Below are positions 1-8,557 of a DNA stretch of 57,413 bases, one piece after another; the first letter of the stretch is position 1; each line of letters starts with the position of its first letter. Position numbers and translations under genes: made by a program. Below the pieces are notes generated by a model. The model did not search any database. It had not been told where the DNA came from and saw nothing but the letters and a program-made list of their open reading frames with translations. The DNA is from a virus (lineage: Duplodnaviria; Caudoviricetes), in IMG/VR virus record IMGVR_UViG_3300032116_000239, positions 1 to 57,413 of that record, one strand, 5' to 3'.

Positions 1-1
1 A

Positions 2-3000
2 ATGGCGACAATGAAGATGACCGGGTGCATGAAGATCGTCTCGCGCATGAGCGAGGCCGATCAGGACGCGCTGCTGTCGCGCTTGGATGCGTACCAAGCC
101 GACGGCGTCCCGGCCGAGCGTGCGCAGTTGATGGCCGCGCAGGACATGCTGGCCGAGATCCAGGGCGAGCGCGACCAGCTCTTCAACCTGCTGCGCGAGC
201 AACACCCCGACCTGTTCTCGGTCGCTGAGTCGCCAGCGCCGCGGGTGCAGGCGAGCCGGCAGCGCAACCCCCAGGTCGACACGCCTGAGTTCAAGCGGTG
301 GTCCGAAGGGTTGCCGGTCCAGGATTCGTTTGAGGACCGCGTCTCAGACCGCGGCGTGTTCCCGCTGTATCACGCCACCACGTCTGACTTCAACGAGTTC
401 AAGCCGGGCGGCCTGAACGTAAACGACAGCGGCCCGGCCATTTGGCTCGCACCCACACCGGCGACTGGGTCGGCCACGTTCCGAGTTGGCAGTGAAGGTG
501 CGTACCGCGATGGCGCCAACGTCATGCCGGTTTACGCCAAGTTGAAGTCGCCGCTGGTGATCGACGACATGGGCATGCTTGAGTGGGCGCGCACAGCGTA
601 CGCCGACGGCGAGTTTCCGCAACTCATCAGCGCCAAGACCGTCTCCGACTTGAAGGCCGACGGGTATGACTCTGTCATCCTCGACAGCGGCGCGATCTGG
701 GGCAGGCCTCAGGAGGCCGAGGTGCTGGTGTTCGAGCCCACCCAGATCAAGTCCGCCACCGGCAACAGCGGTGCGTTCAATCCTGAGAACCCCGACATCA
801 CCGCCAGCCGCCGCCGCACCATCTTCGGCGACCCTGCGCCGCTGGCCAACTGGACGATGCCTGCGGAGACCAAGTTCGACAACTGGATTCGCCTGGTGCA
901 GGACAAGCAGGTGGACATGAAGCGGGTGATCGAGGCGATCAGCCGCAACGGCGGACTGTCCGACCAGTGGAACGCCTACCTGCAAGAGGAGCTCTACCAC
1001 GGGCGCAGCGCCAAGGCGACCAAGGACTTCGGCCTGAAGGAAGTCCGGCCGCTGATGGAGGAGCTGGAGAAGTCCAAGGTCAGCCTCGCTGACTTTGAGG
1101 AGTACCTGCACAACCGCCACGCCGAGGAGCGCAACACCCAGATCGCCAAGGTCAACCCGGCCATGCCCGACGGCGGCTCGGGTATCGACACCGCGGATGC
1201 GCGAGCCTATCTCGCAGCACTCGACCCGGCCAAGCGCCGCACCTACGAGGCGCTCGCCCGTCGCGTGGACGCGATCTCCCAGGGCACGCGCGAGCTGCTG
1301 GTGCGCTCGGGCCTGGAGACGCAGGACACGATCAACCAGTGGGAGGGCGCCTACAAGAACTACGTCCCGCTCATGCGCGAGGACCTGGACTACGGGCTGT
1401 CCTCGGGCATGGGCACCGGCAGCGGGTTCAGCGTCAGAGGCCCGGCCAGCCGTCGGGCCACCGGCTCCGACCGCCCCGTGGTGGACATCCTGGCCAACCT
1501 GCTCATGCAGCGCGAGCAGGCGATCGTGCGCGCTGAGAAGACCCGGGTCGGCACCGCGCTGTACGGCCTGGCGCTGCAGAACCCGAACGCGGACTTCTGG
1601 CTGCCGGTGGACCCCAAGGCGATCAAGGACGTGCCCGGCACCATGGCCAAGCTGCAGGCGATGGGGCTGGACCCGATGGACGTGCGCAACATCATGGAGG
1701 AGCCGCTGCAGCAGGTGGTCGATCCGCGCACCGGGCTGGTCACCTACCGCGTCAACGCCAACCTGCGCAACGCCGACAACGTGATGGCCGTGCGGGTCAA
1801 CGGCGAAGACAAGTTCCTCTTCTTCAACACCCGCAACGAGCGCGCTGCGCGCATGGCCGCGTCGCTGAAGAACCTGGACGCCACCAGCCTCGAAGGGCTG
1901 CTCAACGTGTCGGGCAAGATCAGCAGATACTTCGCCGCGATCAACACCCAGTACAACCCAGTGTTCGGCGCGATCAACCTGCTGCGTGACGTGCAGGGCG
2001 CCGCTGTGAACCTCAGCAGCACCCCGCTCGCAGGCGAGCAAGCGGCTGTGCTCAAAGGCGTGGGCGGCGCCACACTCGGAATCTATCGCTCACTGCGCGC
2101 CGATAGGTCCGGTCAATCAGGACCACCCGGCAGCTGGTCCGCGCTGTGGGAGGAGTTTCAGCGCGAGGGAGGGCAGACGGGCTTCCGCGACATGTTCCGC
2201 ACGAGCGAGGACCGGACCCAGGCGCTGCAGGCCATGCTCGATCCAGCCTCGTGGACCGAGACGAAGTGGGGCAAGATCCTCACCGCCGGGGGCACGCTGA
2301 AGGTGCCGCTGGAGGCGGCGCGCAAGGGCGCTGCTGAGCCGGTCTTCAACTGGCTCTCCGACTACAACGAGACGCTGGAAAACGCGGTGCGCCTGAGCGC
2401 CTACAAGGCCGCCAAGGCCAAAGGCATGACCGCCCAGCAGGCCGCCTCGCTGGCCAAGAACCTGACGGTGAACTTCAACCGCAAGGGCGAGATCGGCACC
2501 CAAATGGGCGCGCTTTACGCCTTCTTCAATGCCAGCGTGCAGGGCACCGCCCGACTGGCCGAGACGCTCAAGGGCCCGGCCGGCAAGAAGATCCTGGCCG
2601 GCGGCCTGCTGCTGGGCACCGTCCAGGCGCTGGCCCTGGCCGCAGCGGACTTCGATGAGGACGAGCCGCCAGACTTCATCAAGGAGCGCAACTTCGTCAT
2701 CCCCACCGGGGACGGCAAGTACGCCACCTTCCCGATGCCGCTGGGTTTGAACGTCATCCCCAACACCAGCCGAGTGCTGACCGAGTGGGCGCTGGCCGGC
2801 GGCAAGGATCCCGGCAAGCGGTTCGGGCAGATCGTCGGCGCGTTCGCCGACATGTTCAACCCAATCGGCAACGCCGGGCTGTCGGTGCAGACCATCGCCC
2901 CGACCTTCGCTGACCCGCTGGTGGCGCTGGCCGAGAACCGGGACTGGAGCGGCAAGCCGATCGCCAAGGAGGACCGCTCGGGCACCGACCCGACTCCCGG

Positions 3001-3565
3001 CTACACGCGAGCCAAGGAGACGGCGAGCTGGGTGAGCAAGCAACTGGCTTACTATCTGAACCTGGCCAGCGGCGGCACCAAGTACAAGCCCGGTGGCCTG
3101 TCACCCACGCCCGACCAGCTCGACTACCTGATCGGCCAGGTGACGGGCGGTGTCGGCCGCGAGGTCCTGAAGGTCAGCCAAGCCGTCGAGAGCTCGGTGA
3201 CCGGCGAGGAGCTGCCGACCTACAAGGTGCCGATCGCGGGCCGGTTCTACGGCGACACCAAGGAGCAGGCGGCCACCGCTGATCGGTTCTACCGCAACGT
3301 GACGACCATCAACGAGCATGAAAACGAGATTGAGGGGCGCCGGAAGAACCGCGAGGGTGGGATCCCCGAGTACATCAAGGAGAACCCGGAGGCTCGCCTC
3401 GTCACCCTGGCCAACCGCATCGAGCGCGACGTGGCCGAGCTGCGCCGCAAGAAGCGTGAGATGCTAGAGAAGGACCGCCCCAAGGAGTCGATCAAGATGA
3501 TCGAGCTGCAGATCACCCGCAAGATGGAGCAGCTCAACGCCCGGGTCGAGGCCCTTCAGGACTGA
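2..3565 (+). CDS. Large polyvalent ejection protein with ART-PolyVal-like ADP-ribosyltransferase domain and LPD38-like C-terminus
   Basis: 1187 aa. Motifs YHAT..FNEF, GANVMPVY, GYDSVI, EAEVLVFEPTQIKSATGNSGAF typify polyvalent-protein ART domains. The helical C-terminus (LTVNFNRKG, LYAFFNASVQG) is LPD38-like. Confidence 0.75.
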   Translation: MATMKMTGCMKIVSRMSEADQDALLSRLDAYQADGVPAERAQLMAAQDMLAEIQGERDQLFNLLREQHPDLFSVAESPAPRVQASRQRNPQVDTPEFKRWSEGLPVQDSFEDRVSDRGVFPLYHATTSDFNEFKPGGLNVNDSGPAIWLAPTPATGSATFRVGSEGAYRDGANVMPVYAKLKSPLVIDDMGMLEWARTAYADGEFPQLISAKTVSDLKADGYDSVILDSGAIWGRPQEAEVLVFEPTQIKSATGNSGAFNPENPDITASRRRTIFGDPAPLANWTMPAETKFDNWIRLVQDKQVDMKRVIEAISRNGGLSDQWNAYLQEELYHGRSAKATKDFGLKEVRPLMEELEKSKVSLADFEEYLHNRHAEERNTQIAKVNPAMPDGGSGIDTADARAYLAALDPAKRRTYEALARRVDAISQGTRELLVRSGLETQDTINQWEGAYKNYVPLMREDLDYGLSSGMGTGSGFSVRGPASRRATGSDRPVVDILANLLMQREQAIVRAEKTRVGTALYGLALQNPNADFWLPVDPKAIKDVPGTMAKLQAMGLDPMDVRNIMEEPLQQVVDPRTGLVTYRVNANLRNADNVMAVRVNGEDKFLFFNTRNERAARMAASLKNLDATSLEGLLNVSGKISRYFAAINTQYNPVFGAINLLRDVQGAAVNLSSTPLAGEQAAVLKGVGGATLGIYRSLRADRSGQSGPPGSWSALWEEFQREGGQTGFRDMFRTSEDRTQALQAMLDPASWTETKWGKILTAGGTLKVPLEAARKGAAEPVFNWLSDYNETLENAVRLSAYKAAKAKGMTAQQAASLAKNLTVNFNRKGEIGTQMGALYAFFNASVQGTARLAETLKGPAGKKILAGGLLLGTVQALALAAADFDEDEPPDFIKERNFVIPTGDGKYATFPMPLGLNVIPNTSRVLTEWALAGGKDPGKRFGQIVGAFADMFNPIGNAGLSVQTIAPTFADPLVALAENRDWSGKPIAKEDRSGTDPTPGYTRAKETASWVSKQLAYYLNLASGGTKYKPGGLSPTPDQLDYLIGQVTGGVGREVLKVSQAVESSVTGEELPTYKVPIAGRFYGDTKEQAATADRFYRNVTTINEHENEIEGRRKNREGGIPEYIKENPEARLVTLANRIERDVAELRRKKREMLEKDRPKESIKMIELQITRKMEQLNARVEALQD

Positions 3566-3581
3566 CCCGGGGTTGATGCAA

Positions 3582-3759
3582 TGTTGGCTACACCCAACAG
3601 CATTCACTTGCTAACTACTGCTAACACTTGCAACCCTAAGTCGTTGATTCTTCTAGGATTCGTATGTTAGCCGTGCTATCTTTGGTGCCCAGAAGAAGAG
3701 CCGTGTGATCTAGTGCCATTGCGGGTCTTCAGGGTGTTGGCTACAGTTGTGGCTACACC
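3582..3759. other. attP region: core 3683-3699, IHF site, arm-type repeats
   Basis: TGGTGCCCAGAAGAAGA (3683-3699) is the reverse complement of a tRNA-Leu-like 3' end. TGGCTACA repeats at 3585, 3738 and 3750. Directly upstream of the integrase. Confidence 0.75.
3637..3649 (-). promoter_or_regulatory. IHF binding site
   Basis: Minus strand AATCAACGACTTA is an exact match to WATCAANNNNTTR, inside the att region. Confidence 0.7.
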
Positions 3760-3776
3760 AACACCAAAGGCACGAG

Positions 3777-4790
3777 ATGGCAACTCTCCAGAAACGCGGC
3801 GACGCTTGGCGCGCCGTCATTCGCCGAGTCGGGTTCAAGCCGATCAGCAAGAGCTTCCCCACCAAGGGCCTGGCCCAAGCGTGGGCGCGCAGTGTCGAGA
3901 AGGACATGGACGCTCGGGTCTACCGCGACCCCAGCGGCGCGGCCAAGACCTCGGTGCGCGAGCTCTTTGAGCAGTTCCGCGATGAGGTCTGCCCCGAGCG
4001 CCGGGGTGGCAAGTGGGAGGTCACGCGCATCGAGCGGCTGCTGCGCACCGCGCACTTCGTTGACCAGCGGCTGGACCGCATCACGCCCGAGGACATCCGC
4101 GACTGGCGCAACGAGCGGCTGAAAGAAGTCAGCGCGCCGTCAGTCAACCGCGAACTGAACCTGATCAGCGGCGTGTTCTCGCACGCGATCAAGGAGTGGG
4201 GTGTTGCCCTGCGCGAGAACCCGGTGCACTTGGTCAAGCGCCCGGCCGGCGCGGATCGGGCTCGAACCCGGCGCTTCGGCGAGCGGGAGATCGCAGCTAT
4301 CCTGGAGGCCAGCGGCTACCAGGAGGGCGTGCAGCCCACGGTGGGTCGAGAGTATGTCGGCCACGCGGTGCTGCTGGCGATCGAGACAGCCATGCGGCTG
4401 GGCGAGATCTGTGCACTACGCGTGGGCGACGTGGACTTCGAGGCGTGCAGCGCCACGCTGCACCTGACCAAGAACGGCGACGCGCGCTCGGTGCCGCTGA
4501 GCACCAAGGCGCGGGCGTTGCTGCGCACCCTGGTGACTGGGCGTGACGCCGACGAGCAGGTCGTGCCGCTCACGGCCGAGTCGCTGGGGCTGTACTTCCG
4601 CGAGGCGCGCGACGCCGCGGGTCTGCAGGACCTGCACTTCCACGACACCCGGCACGAGGCCGCCACGCGGCTGAGCAAGAAGCTGTCGAACGTGCTGGAG
4701 CTGTCGGCCGTCACCGGCCACCGCTCGCTGCAGTCGCTCAAGCGGTACTACCAGCCGCGGGCTTCTGAACTTGCATCCAAACTCGGGTAG
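3777..4790 (+). CDS. int: Tyrosine integrase
   Basis: Catalytic motifs TAMRLGEI (R), TKNG (K), FHDTRH (HxxR), GHRS (H), RYY (Y). N-terminal arm-binding MATLQKRG..WRA. Confidence 0.95.
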   Translation: MATLQKRGDAWRAVIRRVGFKPISKSFPTKGLAQAWARSVEKDMDARVYRDPSGAAKTSVRELFEQFRDEVCPERRGGKWEVTRIERLLRTAHFVDQRLDRITPEDIRDWRNERLKEVSAPSVNRELNLISGVFSHAIKEWGVALRENPVHLVKRPAGADRARTRRFGEREIAAILEASGYQEGVQPTVGREYVGHAVLLAIETAMRLGEICALRVGDVDFEACSATLHLTKNGDARSVPLSTKARALLRTLVTGRDADEQVVPLTAESLGLYFREARDAAGLQDLHFHDTRHEAATRLSKKLSNVLELSAVTGHRSLQSLKRYYQPRASELASKLG

Positions 4791-5280
4791 CGAACGGGTG
4801 CTGCTTTGCTTTCGCTTTCAAGTACGCAGCATGCGCTTCTTCGGGGCTGTTGAACCGGCCAAGTCTTACGCGCTCTCCGGCGACAGTGATCTCGGAGTAG
4901 ATAGAGCCGTCGGGAGATATGTGTGCCCCGAGCAGCCCCGACTTGTTATGCGCTTTTGCGTTCGCTTGGTTTTGCTGATTTTCAGCTCGCGTTACGCTGC
5001 GCAGATTGCTTAGCCTGTTGTCGGTCTTGCATCCGTTCTTGTGATCAATGTCCGCCGCAGGCCAAGCGCCGGTCACGAACAACCAGATCAACCGGTGGAT
5101 GTAGACGTCTGCCCCGTTGACTCTTGTCCGCAGATAGCCGTTAGCGCCAACAGAGCCTGCTGCTGCGCCCACGGCGCCGCGGCTTCCGCGCTGCTTCTTG
5201 TTGACCAGTAGGCCCGTCTCCGGGTCGTAGTGGAAGAGGTCGCGTACTAAATCAGCCGTGATAGAGTCTGCCGCGCTCAT
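4738..5280 (-). CDS. HNH homing endonuclease with AP2-like C-terminus
   Basis: YIHRLIW...DIDHKNGCKTDNRLSNLR, followed by SGLLG..LGRF..PEEAHAAY. Confidence 0.9.
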   Translation of the reverse strand: MSAADSITADLVRDLFHYDPETGLLVNKKQRGSRGAVGAAAGSVGANGYLRTRVNGADVYIHRLIWLFVTGAWPAADIDHKNGCKTDNRLSNLRSVTRAENQQNQANAKAHNKSGLLGAHISPDGSIYSEITVAGERVRLGRFNSPEEAHAAYLKAKAKQHPFATRVWMQVQKPAAGSTA

Positions 5281-5350
5281 GGTTTCGTTCTCCTTTAACG
5301 ACACCTGGGAAGTGGCGCCTCAATGTTTGCAGCATTGGGGCGCTGCGCCA

Positions 5351-5704
5351 TTATATGGACGCCACTGGCTGAGCCAGGGCCCACACGCTGTTGGGCACAG
5401 CCGGCGGTGGCTTCATGCGGGAGCGGTACTTGCGCGCCCGCTCAGAGGCGCTGACCGGCTTGGGCTTGCGTGCGTCGGGCTTGTTGCCCAGCGCATAGAC
5501 CGGGCGCGGGTAGCGCCGGCCAAAGCCCTCCATCGTCCAGCTCTGGATATGGATCTGCTTGGTCACCACGGTCAAGCGCATCGCGGTCAGGAAGCTGGAC
5601 ACCTGACGGTAGTGGACGTCGGGGAAGAACTGCGCCACCTCCCTCATGGTGAGCGGCCCGCAGATGTGAAGCACGTCGCGGATGTTGGCGAAGCTGGGCT
5701 TCAC
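5351..5704 (-). CDS. Hypothetical protein, probable winged-helix DNA-binding protein
   Basis: GTG start overlaps the upstream stop (GTGA). GPLTMREVAQ helix-turn-helix-like segment and a basic tail. Confidence 0.6.
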   Translation of the reverse strand: MKPSFANIRDVLHICGPLTMREVAQFFPDVHYRQVSSFLTAMRLTVVTKQIHIQSWTMEGFGRRYPRPVYALGNKPDARKPKPVSASERARKYRSRMKPPPAVPNSVWALAQPVASI

Positions 5705-5901
5705 TTCATGCCCTCCGGTTTCTTGGGCAGCGGCGCCCAGCCGATGTAGCCTGGCTTGCCGGGCGAGTACTGGCCGTACACGGCGACGCCCCCGGTCGTG
5801 AGCAACTGGACCTTCGCAGACAGCGGGCACGTCTCAAGCGGCCGCCAATAGTAGGCCTGGTCCACCGCTGCGGCCTTGTCGCTGGTGATCTTGACGGTCA
5901 C
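5701..5901 (-). CDS. Hypothetical phage protein
   Basis: 66 aa, coupled by 4-nt overlaps. WRP...GWAPLP motif is common in small phage proteins. Confidence 0.7.
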   Translation of the reverse strand: MTVKITSDKAAAVDQAYYWRPLETCPLSAKVQLLTTGGVAVYGQYSPGKPGYIGWAPLPKKPEGMK

Positions 5902-6083
5902 GCCTCACCCTTCGCTTTCTGCGTGCACTCAGCGCAGCGCCACAGGCGCAGCCGGGTGAACAGCGAGCCGCCTCGGATCTCCTTGGGCTGGTCGCAGGCC
6001 GAGCACTTCTTGCGGAAGGCCATGCCGGGGCCGGAGCCGCGTGTGCTCATGCTGACGTCCTTGACGTTGCTGTAGTTCTTCAT
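5898..6083 (-). CDS. Small zinc-finger protein
   Basis: CSAC...CAEC; ATGA overlap with the upstream gene. Confidence 0.6.
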   Translation of the reverse strand: MKNYSNVKDVSMSTRGSGPGMAFRKKCSACDQPKEIRGGSLFTRLRLWRCAECTQKAKGEA

Positions 6084-6373
6084 GGGAGTAGTTGCAGGCC
6101 GGGCGATGAGGTGCGGCCGGTCTTCTCGTTGTAGAGCGTGCCGGTCACCCGGTCGGCGAGGTAGCTCTTGTCCCGCAGCTTCAGCCGGGTGAAGACCTTC
6201 CTCTTCGACTCCAGGTACACGCGCACGTCGCGCTCGATGGGCACCGCCTGGCGCAGCCGCTCCATGTCGAGATCCATCACGCACATCTCCGGGGTGATGC
6301 GGATGATCACCTCGTTCATGGCGCGGAACTCGCCCACGCGGGCGGGCAGGAAAGGCGGCAGGGACTTGCTCAT
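6080..6373 (-). CDS. Hypothetical protein
   Basis: 97-aa ORF with ATGA overlaps in the operon. Confidence 0.6.
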   Translation of the reverse strand: MSKSLPPFLPARVGEFRAMNEVIIRITPEMCVMDLDMERLRQAVPIERDVRVYLESKRKVFTRLKLRDKSYLADRVTGTLYNEKTGRTSSPGLQLLP

Positions 6374-6672
6374 GCCTTGCGGAAGATCCCGTCCTCGCCC
6401 AGCGTGCCCTTGCGGTCCTTGATCTCGGCGTAGGCCGACTCCAGGCAGCTCACCAGATCGACGTCGGCCAGCGCGGCGCCAACGATGAGCGTGACCAGCA
6501 CGTCGCCGTAGGCGTCCACCATCTCTGCGCGGTCGCCCTTGTGAATGGCGCCGATCAACTCGGTCACCTCCTCCAAGGTCTTGATGGCCTGGGCCATCGG
6601 CGTGGAGCGGGGGACGATCTTGCGATCCTCCGCCCAGCGGATCACTTCCAACTCCAACTCTCTGTAGCTCAT
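6370..6672 (-). CDS. MazG-like nucleotide pyrophosphohydrolase
   Basis: WAEDR...KTLEEVTEL...DAYGDVLVTL (EExxE...DxxxD metal-binding pattern). Confidence 0.85.
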   Translation of the reverse strand: MSYRELELEVIRWAEDRKIVPRSTPMAQAIKTLEEVTELIGAIHKGDRAEMVDAYGDVLVTLIVGAALADVDLVSCLESAYAEIKDRKGTLGEDGIFRKA

Positions 6673-6902
6673 CGCGAGTCCTCCTTCATCTCGATCAGTG
6701 GCACCACTTCCCAGTCGCCCCGCGCAGCCATGGCCGCGACGTGCTCGTACTCGTCGGTTACCCGCCAGCGCGATCCCGGCAACTTGTCGGGGTGGAGGCG
6801 GAACCTCCAGGCCACCGGCTGCGGCTTGGGCGTTGGCGCGCACTCGCACTCACCGTCATCGCTGTAGGGCGCCCAGCAGACGCCGCAGACTGTCCTGCTC
6901 AC
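6669..6902 (-). CDS. Hypothetical protein
   Basis: GTG start with overlap. CGVC...CEC and a PVAW motif typical of phage early genes. Confidence 0.55.
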   Translation of the reverse strand: MSRTVCGVCWAPYSDDGECECAPTPKPQPVAWRFRLHPDKLPGSRWRVTDEYEHVAAMAARGDWEVVPLIEMKEDSR

Positions 6903-7045
6903 TTGAGGATCTCCCGCTCCAGCAGCGCCACCGCGTCGGCGATCTGCTCGTAGATGTAGTCGGGCAGGCGGGTGTCGCGCATCAGGCCGGCGCACTCCAG
7001 CGCGCTCAGCAGTCGCAGCACGCGCAGCAGCTCCTCCTTGGTCAT
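6899..7045 (-). CDS. Small hypothetical protein (48 aa, MTKEELLRVLRLLSALE...)
   Basis: Read manually. Fills the gap with 4-nt overlaps at both ends and has a GAGGG RBS. Confidence 0.6.
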   Translation of the reverse strand: MTKEELLRVLRLLSALECAGLMRDTRLPDYIYEQIADAVALLEREILK

Positions 7046-7695
7046 CCCTCACCCCTCTCGTCGTAGGTCACGGTGCTGGTGTCGCCCAGCCTCCACTTCG
7101 CGGTGTTCTCCACCCGGTAGGTCTTGGTGCACACCTTGAAGTCGGGCATGCGCAGCTCGCTGTGCGTGATCGCTGGGTCGAAGAACCTGCAGCGATTGTT
7201 CGGCTGCAGCGCGAACTGGCCATTGTCCAAGCGCAACAGGTTGAAGCTCTTGTGCTCCTCCGGTGTCTCGCTGAACGTGAAGTCCGGTATGCGCGGGTCG
7301 GGGTTGCAGCTGTCGATCGTCAGCATGTACTCGCCCCGGTGGAACTTCCTGTCCTTGCCGTAGAACTCAGCGCGCAGACCCTTGAGGAACGGCTTGTCGA
7401 CCACCTCGATGTGGTAGCTCATGCAGTCCCAGATCTGCAGGATGTCCAGCGGCAGATCGGTGTCGTCATCGATGTGCCCCCAGTCCGGCGTGTAGAACGC
7501 TGAGATCGGCAGCTTGTCGTACAGCGCACCGTACTGCGGCAGGTAGGTCTCAAACCGGAAGGCCTGGCCCCGGATTGATTTGACGCTGACCCACACGCCT
7601 TCGATGAGCGGCGCGTCTTTGTCGCAATCGAAGTCGTACAAGTACTCGGGCCGAACCAGCACCTTCTCAGGCGGCAGAGGACAGACGAAGCTCAT
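7042..7695 (-). CDS. Conserved phage protein of unknown function
   Basis: 217 aa. VRPEYLYD, YGALYDKLPISAF, EHKSFN, QPNNR motifs recalled from many uncultured phages. Confidence 0.75.
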   Translation of the reverse strand: MSFVCPLPPEKVLVRPEYLYDFDCDKDAPLIEGVWVSVKSIRGQAFRFETYLPQYGALYDKLPISAFYTPDWGHIDDDTDLPLDILQIWDCMSYHIEVVDKPFLKGLRAEFYGKDRKFHRGEYMLTIDSCNPDPRIPDFTFSETPEEHKSFNLLRLDNGQFALQPNNRCRFFDPAITHSELRMPDFKVCTKTYRVENTAKWRLGDTSTVTYDERGEG

Positions 7696-7811
7696 AGGAC
7701 ATTCCACCCCAACAGAAACAGCTTCCAGTAGGCCTTGAGGACGAACCCCACGACCGCGATCAGTGCAGCCACGCCGAAGCCGAACGCAGCGACCGACAGG
7801 ATTTTCTCCAT
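7692..7811 (-). CDS. Small membrane protein
   Basis: 39 aa with one hydrophobic helix; overlaps both neighbours. Confidence 0.55.
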   Translation of the reverse strand: MEKILSVAAFGFGVAALIAVVGFVLKAYWKLFLLGWNVL

Positions 7812-7963
7812 CACTTGGTTTTCTCCTTCTTGACTGGCGGGTGCACCACCTCGCGGGTAGTGAACCGATGCAGGTTGGCGCACTCGTAGCGCCGCCGGGT
7901 GTAGCCCGCGAGCTTGCGCGTCTCCAGCACCTCGGTCCAAGTTCCACAGGTCGGGCACTTCAT
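7811..7963 (-). CDS. NrdR-like zinc-ribbon protein
   Basis: MKCPTCG..TEVLETR....RRRYEC...HRFTT matches the NrdR N-terminal Zn ribbon. No ATP-cone. Confidence 0.75.
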   Translation of the reverse strand: MKCPTCGTWTEVLETRKLAGYTRRRYECANLHRFTTREVVHPPVKKEKTK

Positions 7964-8121
7964 GGCAGCCAGAGCGCTATGACAACGGCCGCGAGGAACG
8001 CGACGACGGTCAGCGTGACCGCCACTAGGAATCCGCTGAGCACCTTGTCGGCGCACTCCTCCTGGCAGCCATCGGTGCAGGGCTCACGGCCCTGCTGGCA
8101 CGACGTCCCGCGGCACCTCAC
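7960..8121 (-). CDS. Small Cys-rich membrane protein
   Basis: C..SCQQGREPC..GC followed by a TM helix; GTGA overlap. Confidence 0.55.
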   Translation of the reverse strand: MRCRGTSCQQGREPCTDGCQEECADKVLSGFLVAVTLTVVAFLAAVVIALWLP

Positions 8122-8342
8122 TTGCGCCCCCGCAGAACTGGCCTGCGCACGGCCGGCCGGCGCAGGCTCTCCAGCCACTCCTGCACATCGGCTTCCAGCC
8201 ACATCACCGCCTTGGTGCCGGGCACCACGAGGCGAGGGGGCAATGTCTCGGGACGCCGGGACACGTCGGACTTCAGCGTAGCCACGCTGCGCCCGAGCAG
8301 CGCGGCCAAGTCGCTCACGGTCAGGGTCTTGAGGGTTGTCAT
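8118..8342 (-). CDS. AlpA/Xis-like helix-turn-helix protein (probable excisionase)
   Basis: LTVSDLAALLGRSVATL...LPPRL...WLEADVQEWL. Confidence 0.75.
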   Translation of the reverse strand: MTTLKTLTVSDLAALLGRSVATLKSDVSRRPETLPPRLVVPGTKAVMWLEADVQEWLESLRRPAVRRPVLRGRK

Positions 8343-8557
8343 TTGGTCATCTCCTGGATCAGCCGGTCGAGGTACCAGCGTGCTTTCTGCAGATCCTCGA
8401 CGCCGTTCTTGAACTTCCAGCGCCACAGGTACTTCATCGCGTTGGCGGTGCACACCGCCTCCATGCCTTGCAGGTCCGCCGTCGCCACCGCGATGGCGTC
8501 GATGCACTCAATGGCCCCCTTGGCGTAGTGCGGGGGGCTGTTCACCATGTCTTTCAT
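8339..8557 (-). CDS. DUF3310 family protein (T7 gp1.7/SaV-like, putative nucleotide kinase)
   Basis: DMVNSPPHY...IECIDAI...NAMKYLWRW..KNGVEDLQKARWYL. Confidence 0.9.
   Translation of the reverse strand: MKDMVNSPPHYAKGAIECIDAIAVATADLQGMEAVCTANAMKYLWRWKFKNGVEDLQKARWYLDRLIQEMTK

Noticed and set aside
344-2041. Long antisense ORFs (also 10150-12006, 26981-29089, 54904-56190 and others)
   Set aside because: They lie opposite well-supported genes, as expected from high GC3 codon bias, and show no motifs.
3683-3699. tRNA gene
   Set aside because: Only the last 17 nt of a tRNA are present; there is no D-arm or anticodon arm.
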